Below, in pieces: positions 29,072 to 39,992 of a DNA stretch of 64,000 nucleotides. This DNA comes from an uncultured Acidobacteriia bacterium. Lineage in GTDB: Bacteria; Acidobacteriota; Terriglobia; Bryobacterales; Bryobacteraceae. Within the stretch, counting starts at the first letter, position 1; every line of letters begins with the position of its first letter. The translations under genes and the position numbers were made by a program. Under the pieces are notes generated by a model. The model made no database searches and was not told the origin of the DNA. It saw nothing but the letters and a program-made list of their open reading frames with translations. The stretch covers positions 19,245 through 83,244 of the forward strand of contig CAITIX010000353.1 of NCBI GenBank assembly GCA_903892565.1, written 5' to 3'.

Positions 29072-29977
29072 CTAGAAATAGCCCTCCCGCTTCTTGATTT
29101 CCATGGAGCCCTCGCGATCGTGATCGATCACGCGATTCTCACGCTCGGATTTCCGCACTGCCACCAGCTCCGCGATAATTTTCGGGATCGTGTCCGCATC
29201 GGATTCCACCGCGCCCGTGCACGGCGAGCAACCGAGCGAACGCATGCGGCACTTCATCACCTGCATCTTCTCGCCTTCGCGCGGACCCATGAAGCCCTGC
29301 TCCGGGATGATGATCGAATTGCCGCGCACCAGCACTTCGCGTTCTTTCGCGTAATACAGCGGCACAATCGGAATGTTTTCCAGATGGATGTACTGCCACA
29401 CGTCCATCTCCGTCCAATTCGAAAGCGGAAACACGCGGATGCTCTCGCCCGGCGCAATGCGGCTATTGAATACGTTCCACAGCTCCGGCCGCTGGTTCTT
29501 CGGATCCCATTGACCGAGGGTATCGCGGAAGGAGTAGATGCGCTCCTTCGCGCGCGATTTTTCCTCGTCGCGCCGCGCTCCACCAAACGCCGCGTCGTAG
29601 TTGCCCATGCGCAAGCCCTCGAGCAGCGCCTGCGTTTTCAGAAATCCGCAGCAGCGCTCGGTGCCCAGCTTAATAGGATTCGCGCCCTCTGCAATCGCCT
29701 TCTGATTCGTGTGGACAATCAGCTTGAGTCCCAGTTCCGCCGTGTAGCGATCTCGGAACTCTATCATTTCCTTGAACTTGTACGTCGTATCGACGTGCAA
29801 CAGAGGAAACGGAATCGGTCCCGGAAAGAACGCCTTCTGCGCCAGGCGCAGCATTACGGAAGAATCCTTACCGATCGAATACAGCATCACCGGACGCTGA
29901 AACTCGCTCGCGACCTCGCGGATAATATGGATGCTTTCCGCTTCTAAAGCTTGTAAGTGGCTGATTTCCCAGGCCAT
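29072..29977 (-). CDS. cysD: sulfate adenylyltransferase subunit 2
   Basis: [33 protein letters not shown] is almost identical to the enterobacterial CysD N-terminus. 301 aa. Confidence 0.96.
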   Translation of the reverse strand: MAWEISHLQALEAESIHIIREVASEFQRPVMLYSIGKDSSVMLRLAQKAFFPGPIPFPLLHVDTTYKFKEMIEFRDRYTAELGLKLIVHTNQKAIAEGANPIKLGTERCCGFLKTQALLEGLRMGNYDAAFGGARRDEEKSRAKERIYSFRDTLGQWDPKNQRPELWNVFNSRIAPGESIRVFPLSNWTEMDVWQYIHLENIPIVPLYYAKEREVLVRGNSIIIPEQGFMGPREGEKMQVMKCRMRSLGCSPCTGAVESDADTIPKIIAELVAVRKSERENRVIDHDREGSMEIKKREGYF

Positions 29978-30259
29978 CGGTTTACTATATCATCGGATGA
30001 TGATATTGTCCATCAGGATGCAGGCATTCGTTGCTAAGTACAGCATATGGGTAAATATCCTTGACAGCACCCCATATCTTGGGCCATGATTGCCGGTAGC
30101 CCCAAAAGGGTTCCCGTACTGTTTTGTAACATTTGTATTGGTACAGCGGCGTTACTGTGACCAAATTGTAGTTTTTGGACGCGCAGGGGACGCTCTGTCT
30201 TAGATTCAGATGTTGGGTTTGAGATTTGGACGTTGTGTTTGACATTCGGAGGAATGAAG

Positions 30260-33091
<2,832 letters not shown>

Positions 33092-33114
33092 GACGTTGGC
33101 GGCTAAAGTACGGC

Positions 33115-34383
33115 TTGCACAGAAAGCGATGGCCCTCAGTGGCGGAAGCGGAAACCAAGACGGCAAAGTCGGAGGCCTGGCAACCACCTGCGTGGTACCA
33201 CATGGCTCTCTTAGTCGTCGCGGTAGTCACGGTCGGCGCCACAATTTTCTTCTCGCTTCGTGCCGACAAGAAAAAATCAATTACTGTTCGATATCTCGGG
33301 GAGCGCGCCCTTCTTAGCCGCGAGGGCCGCAACGGGGCGGGACTGTCCGTCAGTTTTGCTGGCGAACAAGTCGACGCTCCCTGGCTGCTGTCCGGGCGTT
33401 TGGAAAACACGGGCACCCTCCCGATAGAAGCACGGGATGTCGAAAAGCCCATTCAGCTATCATTCTCGACGGGAAAGGTGATCGGCGCCGAAATAACTGA
33501 GAAAAACCAGCCGGCGATTGAAGCCAGCGCCGTGCACGATAAAGACAGTGTCACACTTGCGCACGCACTCTTGAATCCCGGAGATTTTATTGGATTCAAC
33601 ATAATTTTCGACGGCAAACCTGGCGCGCCCACAGCCTCAATGCGTATCAGCGGCGTTCCCAGGGTCGAACAAGTCGTTAGCTCGGTCGGCGAAAAGAAAT
33701 CTTACGCGACGCTATTCCCATTGCCAACGCCAATCCTTTACCTTGCGCTTATTTTAGGCTCGATTGTTGGCCTCTTTTTAGTCGGATCTGGACTTTTCAA
33801 CAGCGGGCGTGAAGTAGTCCGCTTCCTCTGGCCGCTTCTTCGTCCCCGGCCCGCGGTGCCGGTCCGAAGAAGCGCAGCGGAGGCAGTCGACGAAGCAGTT
33901 AAGCTCTGGCGCATCTTCCCTCAGCCTGCGTCGCCCGAGGCCCGCCTCATCGCCAAGATGATGATGATAATTCCCACGCCGGAACTCGCCGACAAACCGG
34001 AAGAGTTGGCTACGATTATCGGCGCGAAGGTTTCGAAGGACCTCCTGGCTGCGCTTAAGGTGGACGCACGTTCGGCAGGTGCCCTGGTCAGCAGAGAGTT
34101 GAAGAACGAACTCCGCGATCGCCTCGCCACTGCGCTTTACATTAGTCTTTCATCGCCTGATGACAAGCTCGCGCAGGAAGAAATGAGGAATACGGAAGCC
34201 TCGGTTGACGGGCTAATCGCGAGAGCTAAACAACTCGCGGTACCGCCTTCGACAGAAACCGACAACCGACCGCTAAGGAAGATCGAATCAGCGGAACTCG
34301 TCGGTGGCCTCCTGCTCTTGGCGGTCGGGGCGGCGTTCGCGGTTGTGCTTGGCGGAACATGGCGGACTGTTTTGGGCATATAG
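33115..34383 (+). CDS. hypothetical membrane protein (3 predicted TM segments), no recognised family
   Basis: ORF with TTG 33115 or ATG 33202 as start. TM helices ALLVVAVVTVGATIFFSL, ILYLALILGSIVGLFLVGSGLF and LVGGLLLLAVGAAFAVVLGG. Visibly more A/T-rich than its neighbours. Confidence 0.6.
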   Translation: MHRKRWPSVAEAETKTAKSEAWQPPAWYHMALLVVAVVTVGATIFFSLRADKKKSITVRYLGERALLSREGRNGAGLSVSFAGEQVDAPWLLSGRLENTGTLPIEARDVEKPIQLSFSTGKVIGAEITEKNQPAIEASAVHDKDSVTLAHALLNPGDFIGFNIIFDGKPGAPTASMRISGVPRVEQVVSSVGEKKSYATLFPLPTPILYLALILGSIVGLFLVGSGLFNSGREVVRFLWPLLRPRPAVPVRRSAAEAVDEAVKLWRIFPQPASPEARLIAKMMMIIPTPELADKPEELATIIGAKVSKDLLAALKVDARSAGALVSRELKNELRDRLATALYISLSSPDDKLAQEEMRNTEASVDGLIARAKQLAVPPSTETDNRPLRKIESAELVGGLLLLAVGAAFAVVLGGTWRTVLGI

Positions 34384-34438
34384 TACGGGGGGTAGGTCGC
34401 CACTAAACGAAACGCCCACTCAAACACCTCGCGCCGAC

Positions 34439-34604
34439 GTGGGGCGGCGTGGTGGGGCGGGGCTTCGTCCCCGCAGGCCGAGCTTCTGCTCGGCCCAGTT
34501 AAACAAAGTAGAGCTTCTGCTCGGCCTAATCAAAGCGACGTCCAGCTGCCCTAAGAACAGAGCCGGGCGGAAGCCCGGCTCGCGGAGCAGAAGCTCCGCC
34601 CCAC
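34439..34604. repeat. array of GC-rich tetraloop hairpins (REP-like cluster) immediately upstream of the RAYT gene
   Basis: GTGGGGCGG occurs at 34439 and 34452, and its complement CCGCCCCAC at 34596. Perfect hairpins: GCGGGG/CCCCGC (34457-74), GGCCGAGC-TTCT-GCTCGGCC (34476-95), AGCCGGGC-GGAA-GCCCGGCT (34561-80) and GCGGAGC-AGAA-GCTCCGC (34582-99). There is also a half copy at 34511-26. Confidence 0.85.
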
Positions 34605-34710
34605 AAAACCAGCTTTGCCACAAACCGCCCCGCTGCGAAATAGTTCTGCCATCCATGGAAAGCCAGCGAAAACTCTGAGAGTTTTTGCAGCCTCCGAGCA
34701 CTTGCTCATC

Positions 34711-35286
34711 GTGACGCACTATGTTCGCCGCCTCCCGCACTTGGATGTCCCAGGGCGACCCCTGTTTGTCACGTTCCGTTTATACGGCAGCCTTCCAAAG
34801 AATCGAGCATTCCCCAAAGAACATCTGACATCGGGCCGCGCGTTTGCCGCGATGGATCAGTTGTTAGATTATGCACGAACCGGACCTCTCTATCTCCGCC
34901 AGCCTGAAATTGCGAGGCTTGTCTGCGAAGCCATCGAGACTGGTCAAGATCGATTTCAGCGCTACGCACTGCACGCCTACGTCGTCATGCCAAATCATGT
35001 CCACATGCTGGTGACATCAGAGACGCGTTCGGTGGACTGGTTAAGATCCTTGAAAGGATTCACCGGCAAGCAAGCGACGAAACTCCTTTCCCTCACCGAG
35101 CCCTTCTGGCAAGATGAAAGCTACGACCGCAGCGTGCGCAGCCGCGATGAATTTCAGAAAATCTTGGGTTACATCGAAGAGAACCCGGTGCGAGCAGGTC
35201 TGGGGAGTCGGGCGGCAGACTTTCCGTGGTCCAGTACAGCGCGCATGCCCCGAGAATCTATCTTGGAAACGCCTGCCCGTGCGTAG
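34711..35286 (+). CDS. IS200-like HUH/Y1 transposase family protein, REP-associated tyrosine transposase (RAYT)-like
   Basis: HUH motif VMPNHVHML and catalytic Tyr region FWQDESYDRSV. C-terminal YIEENPVRAGL...DFPWSS, as in RayT/YafM-like proteins. There is no in-frame ATG, so GTG 34711 is proposed. The track ORF starts at TTG 34615, inside the hairpin array. Confidence 0.75.
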   Translation: MTHYVRRLPHLDVPGRPLFVTFRLYGSLPKNRAFPKEHLTSGRAFAAMDQLLDYARTGPLYLRQPEIARLVCEAIETGQDRFQRYALHAYVVMPNHVHMLVTSETRSVDWLRSLKGFTGKQATKLLSLTEPFWQDESYDRSVRSRDEFQKILGYIEENPVRAGLGSRAADFPWSSTARMPRESILETPARA

Positions 35287-35508
35287 ATCAAAATCACAAA
35301 TCGATCCCAAATTCGCGATTCCCGTTTCCTGGCGTTCTAAGGCCCCTAGGAGCGATTTTCGCGATTCTCCGCACCCTACCCCTTAACCACCCCTCGTCGA
35401 TGGCCTCGAATTTGGCGAAAATTTGGTGAAGCGCGTTGCTTCCGTTAGGCTTGCGGACCAGAGCAAGTCACGTTTTGGCAAAGCGCAGTTTTTGGCGCGA
35501 AGCTCGCG

Positions 35509-36699
35509 TTAGTGCAGTCGCCCGGCGGCCTTCGCGTTCGACAACTCGCGATGCGTGACGTAGCTGACTTCGATCGGCGTTTCATCCATGGAGCGAACGT
35601 GCAGCACGATCTGGTAATACCTCGGCAACGTGCCGTCCGGCTTGCGTAAGGCCGCGACCAGCATCTTTGCCTGACCGGGCTCGGTGAACGCCTCCACGCC
35701 GGCCGTAACATCGAAGGTGTGGCTCCCGGAGATGTAGAGGATATCGCCTTTGGCGTTCAAACCCGGCACGTGCGTGATGAGCGCGTAGCTTTCGATCACT
35801 TGCTTCGATCCGGGCGCAAGCGAATCGCCGAACAGCTCGGGCTCGCCCGACTTCGGATGCAGATTCCGCACGCCTGCCGCTTCCGCGACGAACGGCTGAT
35901 CTCCGGGAAGTGTCTCGAGCAGGCGATTGGATGGTTGCCCCAGGTAAACCACATTGCCCATCGTCAACTCCGGCATGGTCAGGGCATCGCTGCCGGTGAC
36001 GTAAACGTTTTGGATGCGGTTGGCCAAAAACTGGCCGAGGATAAACGCACCGTTCGCAGTAGCGAGTCCCGTGAGGCTGGGCATAGACTTCGTGTCGGCG
36101 TTGGCATGCGCTTCCGTCGCAAGACACACCACGAGCGGCCGATCTTGCGTAATCAGCGGCGCCCACAGTTCGCGTAGCTCCGGCGTCCACGTTGCGGGGA
36201 CCGTCATCTGCGCGGTGTGCTCCACTTGGCGCAAGCGCAATCCAAAGTAAGACGCTAAGGCAACGGAGGCGAGCAACAGTGCACCGAGCAGCAACTCGAT
36301 TTTGTAACTGGGACGTGGAAGCGGCAAGCTCTCGACGGCAGTAGTTTCGGGCTCGGGCTGCGGAGCAATCGGCTTCGGTTCAAACGTGACTTTGAAGGCG
36401 CCTTTGGGGATATCGAGAATTACGGGATCGTCGACGCCTTCGGTGCGGTAATACTCGCCGATCTTCTGGCGCAGCCGCGCCATGTGCATACGCACGACGG
36501 ATTCCTGCCGCGGATCGTAGCTGGAAGGCTTGGCGAACACGTCGAGCCCGACGGTGTATTCCTTCAACGTATCGGCTTCGCCCGAAAGCGCTTTGTCGGA
36601 AAGATACTGCAGAAGGTTGCGGTGAACTTCCGAAGTGCGAAACGTTTTACTTTCAAGGATGCGCCGGACTTGCGCCTGGGCATCGGTCTCAACAACCAT
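35509..36699 (-). CDS. membrane-anchored winged-helix (OmpR/CadC-type) regulator-like protein with periplasmic domain
   Basis: The N-terminus ILESKTFRTSEVHRNLLQYLSDKAL.G..DTLKEYTVGLDVF...YDPRQESVVRMHMARLRQKIGEYY matches the wHTH module common in Acidobacteria. It has a single TM (LLLGALLLASVALASYF) and a C-terminal domain of about 230 aa. Confidence 0.7.
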   Translation of the reverse strand: MVVETDAQAQVRRILESKTFRTSEVHRNLLQYLSDKALSGEADTLKEYTVGLDVFAKPSSYDPRQESVVRMHMARLRQKIGEYYRTEGVDDPVILDIPKGAFKVTFEPKPIAPQPEPETTAVESLPLPRPSYKIELLLGALLLASVALASYFGLRLRQVEHTAQMTVPATWTPELRELWAPLITQDRPLVVCLATEAHANADTKSMPSLTGLATANGAFILGQFLANRIQNVYVTGSDALTMPELTMGNVVYLGQPSNRLLETLPGDQPFVAEAAGVRNLHPKSGEPELFGDSLAPGSKQVIESYALITHVPGLNAKGDILYISGSHTFDVTAGVEAFTEPGQAKMLVAALRKPDGTLPRYYQIVLHVRSMDETPIEVSYVTHRELSNAKAAGRLH

Positions 36700-36750
36700 G
36701 CGAATCGATGATATCACTGCGGCAGCGTGTGGAGCATCGCTCGGCAAAGG

Positions 36751-37803
36751 TTAAGTCTTCCGCAGAGGCCAGAAATTGAAGTACGCGGCATGGAAAATCA
36801 AGAACGGAAAGGTAACACTGAGCAGGGCCGAGGCAAGCCAGATTTCCATGTCGTACGCAGGGGGGCCTGTTTGCAAGACACCCGTTGCTCCCCCAGAAAC
36901 CAGCGGCGCCATCGCGACGTAAAACGCTGCGAGCACTTGTCCCACGACAATCACCGCCAGCACGTTCGCCACGCCTTTCACCGGCTGCTTGAGGGACGCA
37001 AACAACGACCCTTCCAGCATGTTCTGCACCACGATGGTTCCGAAGACGAACGGCGCGGAAACGTGGACCATGAACCAAACCGGATCCATCCCCATGACGT
37101 GGACGCCGATGTTGTAGGCAATCCCGGCGATGAGGAAACAACCGGCAGTCCAGACGAGCGCCAGCACGGGTTGTTTCATGATGCCGGGGACAGAGGTCAG
37201 AGGCCAGAGATCAAAGTTCACCATGAAGAACATGCCGCCGAGCAGCGTGAGGTAGAACGAGAGGGCGTTCCATGCGGGCACCAGGCCATGAGGATCAAGC
37301 GAGGCCACATAGACCGGAGCGCCCCGCATGAATCCGTAATCGAAGAAGATGCGGAACAGAATGTAGTTGACGACGTAGGCCGCGATCAAAGTGACGAAAC
37401 CTGCAGCGAGCTCGTTTTTGATAAACGCTGTGAAAGGCCAGCCTCCCCAAACGATACACAGCCAGAAGGTCACGATCACGGACACGATCGTGCACATGGC
37501 GAGCATCGGCGCCGGAGGACTGACGCCGGCTCCTGCAATTTGCCAATAGGCGAACGCCACCGCCGCGCCCACAATCAAATTCACCACAAGTAGGATGACG
37601 CCCTTCATGGGCTGCGCGGCTTTCCCTATAAAGGACGGCGAGGTCTTCCACAGCACTGCCGTCACAATCTGCATGGGAATGAGGCAAAGTAAATAGTACG
37701 CGACCCAGCCCGTGAACATCGCAAAGCTGAACAGGTGAATAAAGCCAAGGCTGATCGCGATGACGAGGGCGGTGGAAACGATTCCTAACGTGGGTTGTTT
37801 CAT
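36751..37803 (-). CDS. hypothetical polytopic membrane protein (~10 TM), family not recognised
   Basis: 350 aa, strongly hydrophobic throughout. Its stop lies at most 51 nt before the start of the downstream wHTH-TM gene (candidate starts 36747 and 36699). Confidence 0.7.
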   Translation of the reverse strand: MKQPTLGIVSTALVIAISLGFIHLFSFAMFTGWVAYYLLCLIPMQIVTAVLWKTSPSFIGKAAQPMKGVILLVVNLIVGAAVAFAYWQIAGAGVSPPAPMLAMCTIVSVIVTFWLCIVWGGWPFTAFIKNELAAGFVTLIAAYVVNYILFRIFFDYGFMRGAPVYVASLDPHGLVPAWNALSFYLTLLGGMFFMVNFDLWPLTSVPGIMKQPVLALVWTAGCFLIAGIAYNIGVHVMGMDPVWFMVHVSAPFVFGTIVVQNMLEGSLFASLKQPVKGVANVLAVIVVGQVLAAFYVAMAPLVSGGATGVLQTGPPAYDMEIWLASALLSVTFPFLIFHAAYFNFWPLRKT

Positions 37804-37987
37804 AAATAGGATCCTTGACGTACAGGTCTGTCACGTGATTCTACGCGACCATCGAACGTACCGCAAGTAAAAAGCTCGAAGTCCATCCTGCCCGCGTATA
37901 CGCAGTGTATACTTTTCCTGTTGCCTATCGCGCGGAATACGCGCCGTGCGACCACAACAAATCGTGGAGCAACGAGGAGCCTATTTC

Positions 37988-39238
37988 ATGGAAATGAAGA
38001 CAATGTACCGATTGCGTGCGGCTTGGGCCGTGCCCATCGCGCTGTGTGCTTTGATGGGGACCACGGCACCGGCGGCGATGGCGCAGAAAGTGCCTGTATA
38101 TAAGGTGGATCCCTTCTGGCCGAAGATGCCGCTGAAGAATAAGTGGATCATCCAGGGCGTGCCCACCATGGTGACCGATAAGGATGATCACATCTGGGTG
38201 ATGAATCGTCCGCGCGATATTAATCCCGATGAGAGCGGAGCGGGGACGACGCCTCCGCGCACGGATTGCTGCATCGCTGCACCGGCCGTGTTGGAGTTCG
38301 ATACGGCGGGCAATTTACTGCAGGCCTGGGGCGGACCCGGCTATGTGGAAGGATGGCCGGCCAAGGACATTGCTCGTCCGGGTGCTGCAGCCGAACACAA
38401 CATCATGGTGGATCGCGAAGGCAACGTGTGGATCGGCGGCAATAGCCAGGGCGATAGCATTCAGAAGTTCACGTCCGACGGCAAACTGCTGTGGGATTTC
38501 GGACATCGTGCGCCGCGGCCTCCCGCTGCGCGCCTCCCGGAGAACAATCAGAACACCGATGTTTTCCCCGGCGGCATTTTCTTCTTCGACCTAGATGAAG
38601 ACGCGAAAGAAATTTACATCGTGGACGCCAAGCGGGTTCTGGTCTACGGCTACGACGGCAACTTCAAGCGCGGCTGGGGCGGACACGGGATCCCGCTCAG
38701 TGAAATCGACAACAACCCAACGCCTCCCTACGATACGTCCGGTCCGCCGCCCGATCAGCAGCAGTTCGCACCGGCGCTGCACTGCGTGCATTTTGCGGTC
38801 GATAAATTAGTCTATGTTTGCGAACGCGGCGCTGATCGCGTGCAGGTGTTCACGAAAGAAGGCAAGTTTGTTTCCAGCTTCTTCGTGCATCCTTCCACCA
38901 TCGCGCGCGGCAAGGAATGCGGCGGACCGGGAAGCCTGCTGTATGGCATGTGCGGGACGATCTATAACCTATCGTTTTCACACGACAAAGACGAGAACTT
39001 CGTATTCATCGCCGACGGCACGAATGACAAAGTGTGGATTCACGATCGAAAGACGGGCAAGGTTGTGGGCGAGATTGGCGACAACGGCCGCATGGCCGGC
39101 CAGTTCCACTGGATCGACGCCATTGCGATCGATTCCAAGGGCAACATGTATACGGGGGAAGTCGACAGCGGCAAGCGTGTGCAGAAGTTCATTCTGACGA
39201 ATGGCGACGGTGTATCAAGGCCGCGACCACACGAGTAG
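37988..39238 (+). CDS. secreted six-bladed beta-propeller (NHL/TolB-like) protein
   Basis: GAGGAG lies 8 nt before the ATG at 37988. Signal peptide ending in AMAQ. Repeated blade-like units (DREGNVWIGG, IYIVDAKRVLVY, VYVCERGADRVQVF, VFIADGTNDKVWIHD, DSKGNMYTGE). Confidence 0.7.
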   Translation: MEMKTMYRLRAAWAVPIALCALMGTTAPAAMAQKVPVYKVDPFWPKMPLKNKWIIQGVPTMVTDKDDHIWVMNRPRDINPDESGAGTTPPRTDCCIAAPAVLEFDTAGNLLQAWGGPGYVEGWPAKDIARPGAAAEHNIMVDREGNVWIGGNSQGDSIQKFTSDGKLLWDFGHRAPRPPAARLPENNQNTDVFPGGIFFFDLDEDAKEIYIVDAKRVLVYGYDGNFKRGWGGHGIPLSEIDNNPTPPYDTSGPPPDQQQFAPALHCVHFAVDKLVYVCERGADRVQVFTKEGKFVSSFFVHPSTIARGKECGGPGSLLYGMCGTIYNLSFSHDKDENFVFIADGTNDKVWIHDRKTGKVVGEIGDNGRMAGQFHWIDAIAIDSKGNMYTGEVDSGKRVQKFILTNGDGVSRPRPHE

Positions 39239-39267
39239 GAACGTTCACGAACTGTTGATTGAGCAAT

Positions 39268-39327
39268 AAAAAGGGAGGGAGTTTCTCGATGCGTGTGAGG
39301 CATCGGGCAACTCCCTCCCTTTATCAA
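39268..39327. terminator. bidirectional intrinsic terminator between convergent genes
   Basis: Perfect 14-bp stem AAAGGGAGGGAGTT / AACTCCCTCCCTTT (39270-83 and 39309-22). The flanking A run (39268-72) and the T-rich 3' side give a U-tract on both strands. Confidence 0.8.
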
Positions 39328-39363
39328 TTACGAGAAACTGCTAACGCTGCTTAGTCTTCGAGC

Positions 39364-39753
39364 TTAGTCTTCGAAAAGCGGCAGCGATTCGCCCTTAGCA
39401 TCCACCAGCTTGCGGATCCACACCGTGTTGCCACCGTTTGCCGTACGGAAACCAGTGACTTCGATGGAATCGCCCGGCTGCAACGTCTTCTTGGTCCAGC
39501 CAGCGCGGCCAAGCTTGTTAGGAGCCGTCAGTTCACCCTGCCACTTTTCCGATTCGCCCTTCGCATTCTTCACGTCAAAGTAAACCTGCACGTGAGGGTT
39601 CAAATAAACGAACTCCGTAACCGTGCCCTTCACCGTGACAGACTTCGAAGTATCGAACGCGGCCGTTCCGTGATGCGCAAACGCCGGCACCGCCATTAGG
39701 ACAGCCACCGCAGCGGCGAAAACCAGTAAGAATTTTTTCGTCAAGTGTTTCAC
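39364..39753 (-). CDS. small secreted protein, DUF6152-like
   Basis: GTG 39753 has GGAGG 7 nt upstream. Signal peptide ...AVPAFA followed by HHGTAAFD...VKGTVTEFVYLNPHVQVYF...W.GEL...L.RAGW, the pattern I associate with DUF6152. Confidence 0.6.
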   Translation of the reverse strand: MKHLTKKFLLVFAAAVAVLMAVPAFAHHGTAAFDTSKSVTVKGTVTEFVYLNPHVQVYFDVKNAKGESEKWQGELTAPNKLGRAGWTKKTLQPGDSIEVTGFRTANGGNTVWIRKLVDAKGESLPLFED

Positions 39754-39928
39754 GAGGAAACCTCCAATCCAGCCGTATTTTCCCACCACCAATTGAGTGG
39801 TGTCAACCGCTCCTTTAGACGAGGGAGCCGTCAAAAAGATGCAGCTATCGAACGTTAAATCCCATTCACCCGGTGGCCGTGCGCATGATATTTCACTTCT
39901 GGGTGCCAGGGAGGTGGTCTTTAATGTC

Positions 39929-39976
39929 AAACGGCCGCCGAAAACCCATCGTTTGTGGGCTTTGCAGCGGCCGTTT
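39929..39976. repeat. 10-bp perfect inverted repeat (stem-loop) just downstream of the diheme gene stop
   Basis: AAACGGCCGC (39929-38) pairs with GCGGCCGTTT (39967-76). Possible terminator or processing hairpin on the minus strand, but there is no clear U-tract. Confidence 0.4.
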
Positions 39977-39992
39977 CGTACGTTAGAGAAAA

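Noticed and set aside
30040-30084. Possible tandem NrdR boxes upstream of nrdJ
   Set aside because: They match the remembered consensus acaCwAtATaTwGtgt at only about 7/16 and 11/16. The centre spacing is ~29 bp rather than 31-32. This is too weak to call without a PWM scan. It is kept only as a note within the control-region finding.
35287-35508. Second REP cluster expected downstream of the RAYT gene
   Set aside because: This spacer has A/T-rich short direct repeats (TTTGGCGAAA/TTTGGCAAAG-like). It has none of the GTGGGGCGG / GAGCTTCNGCTC hairpin modules, so no REP call is made there.
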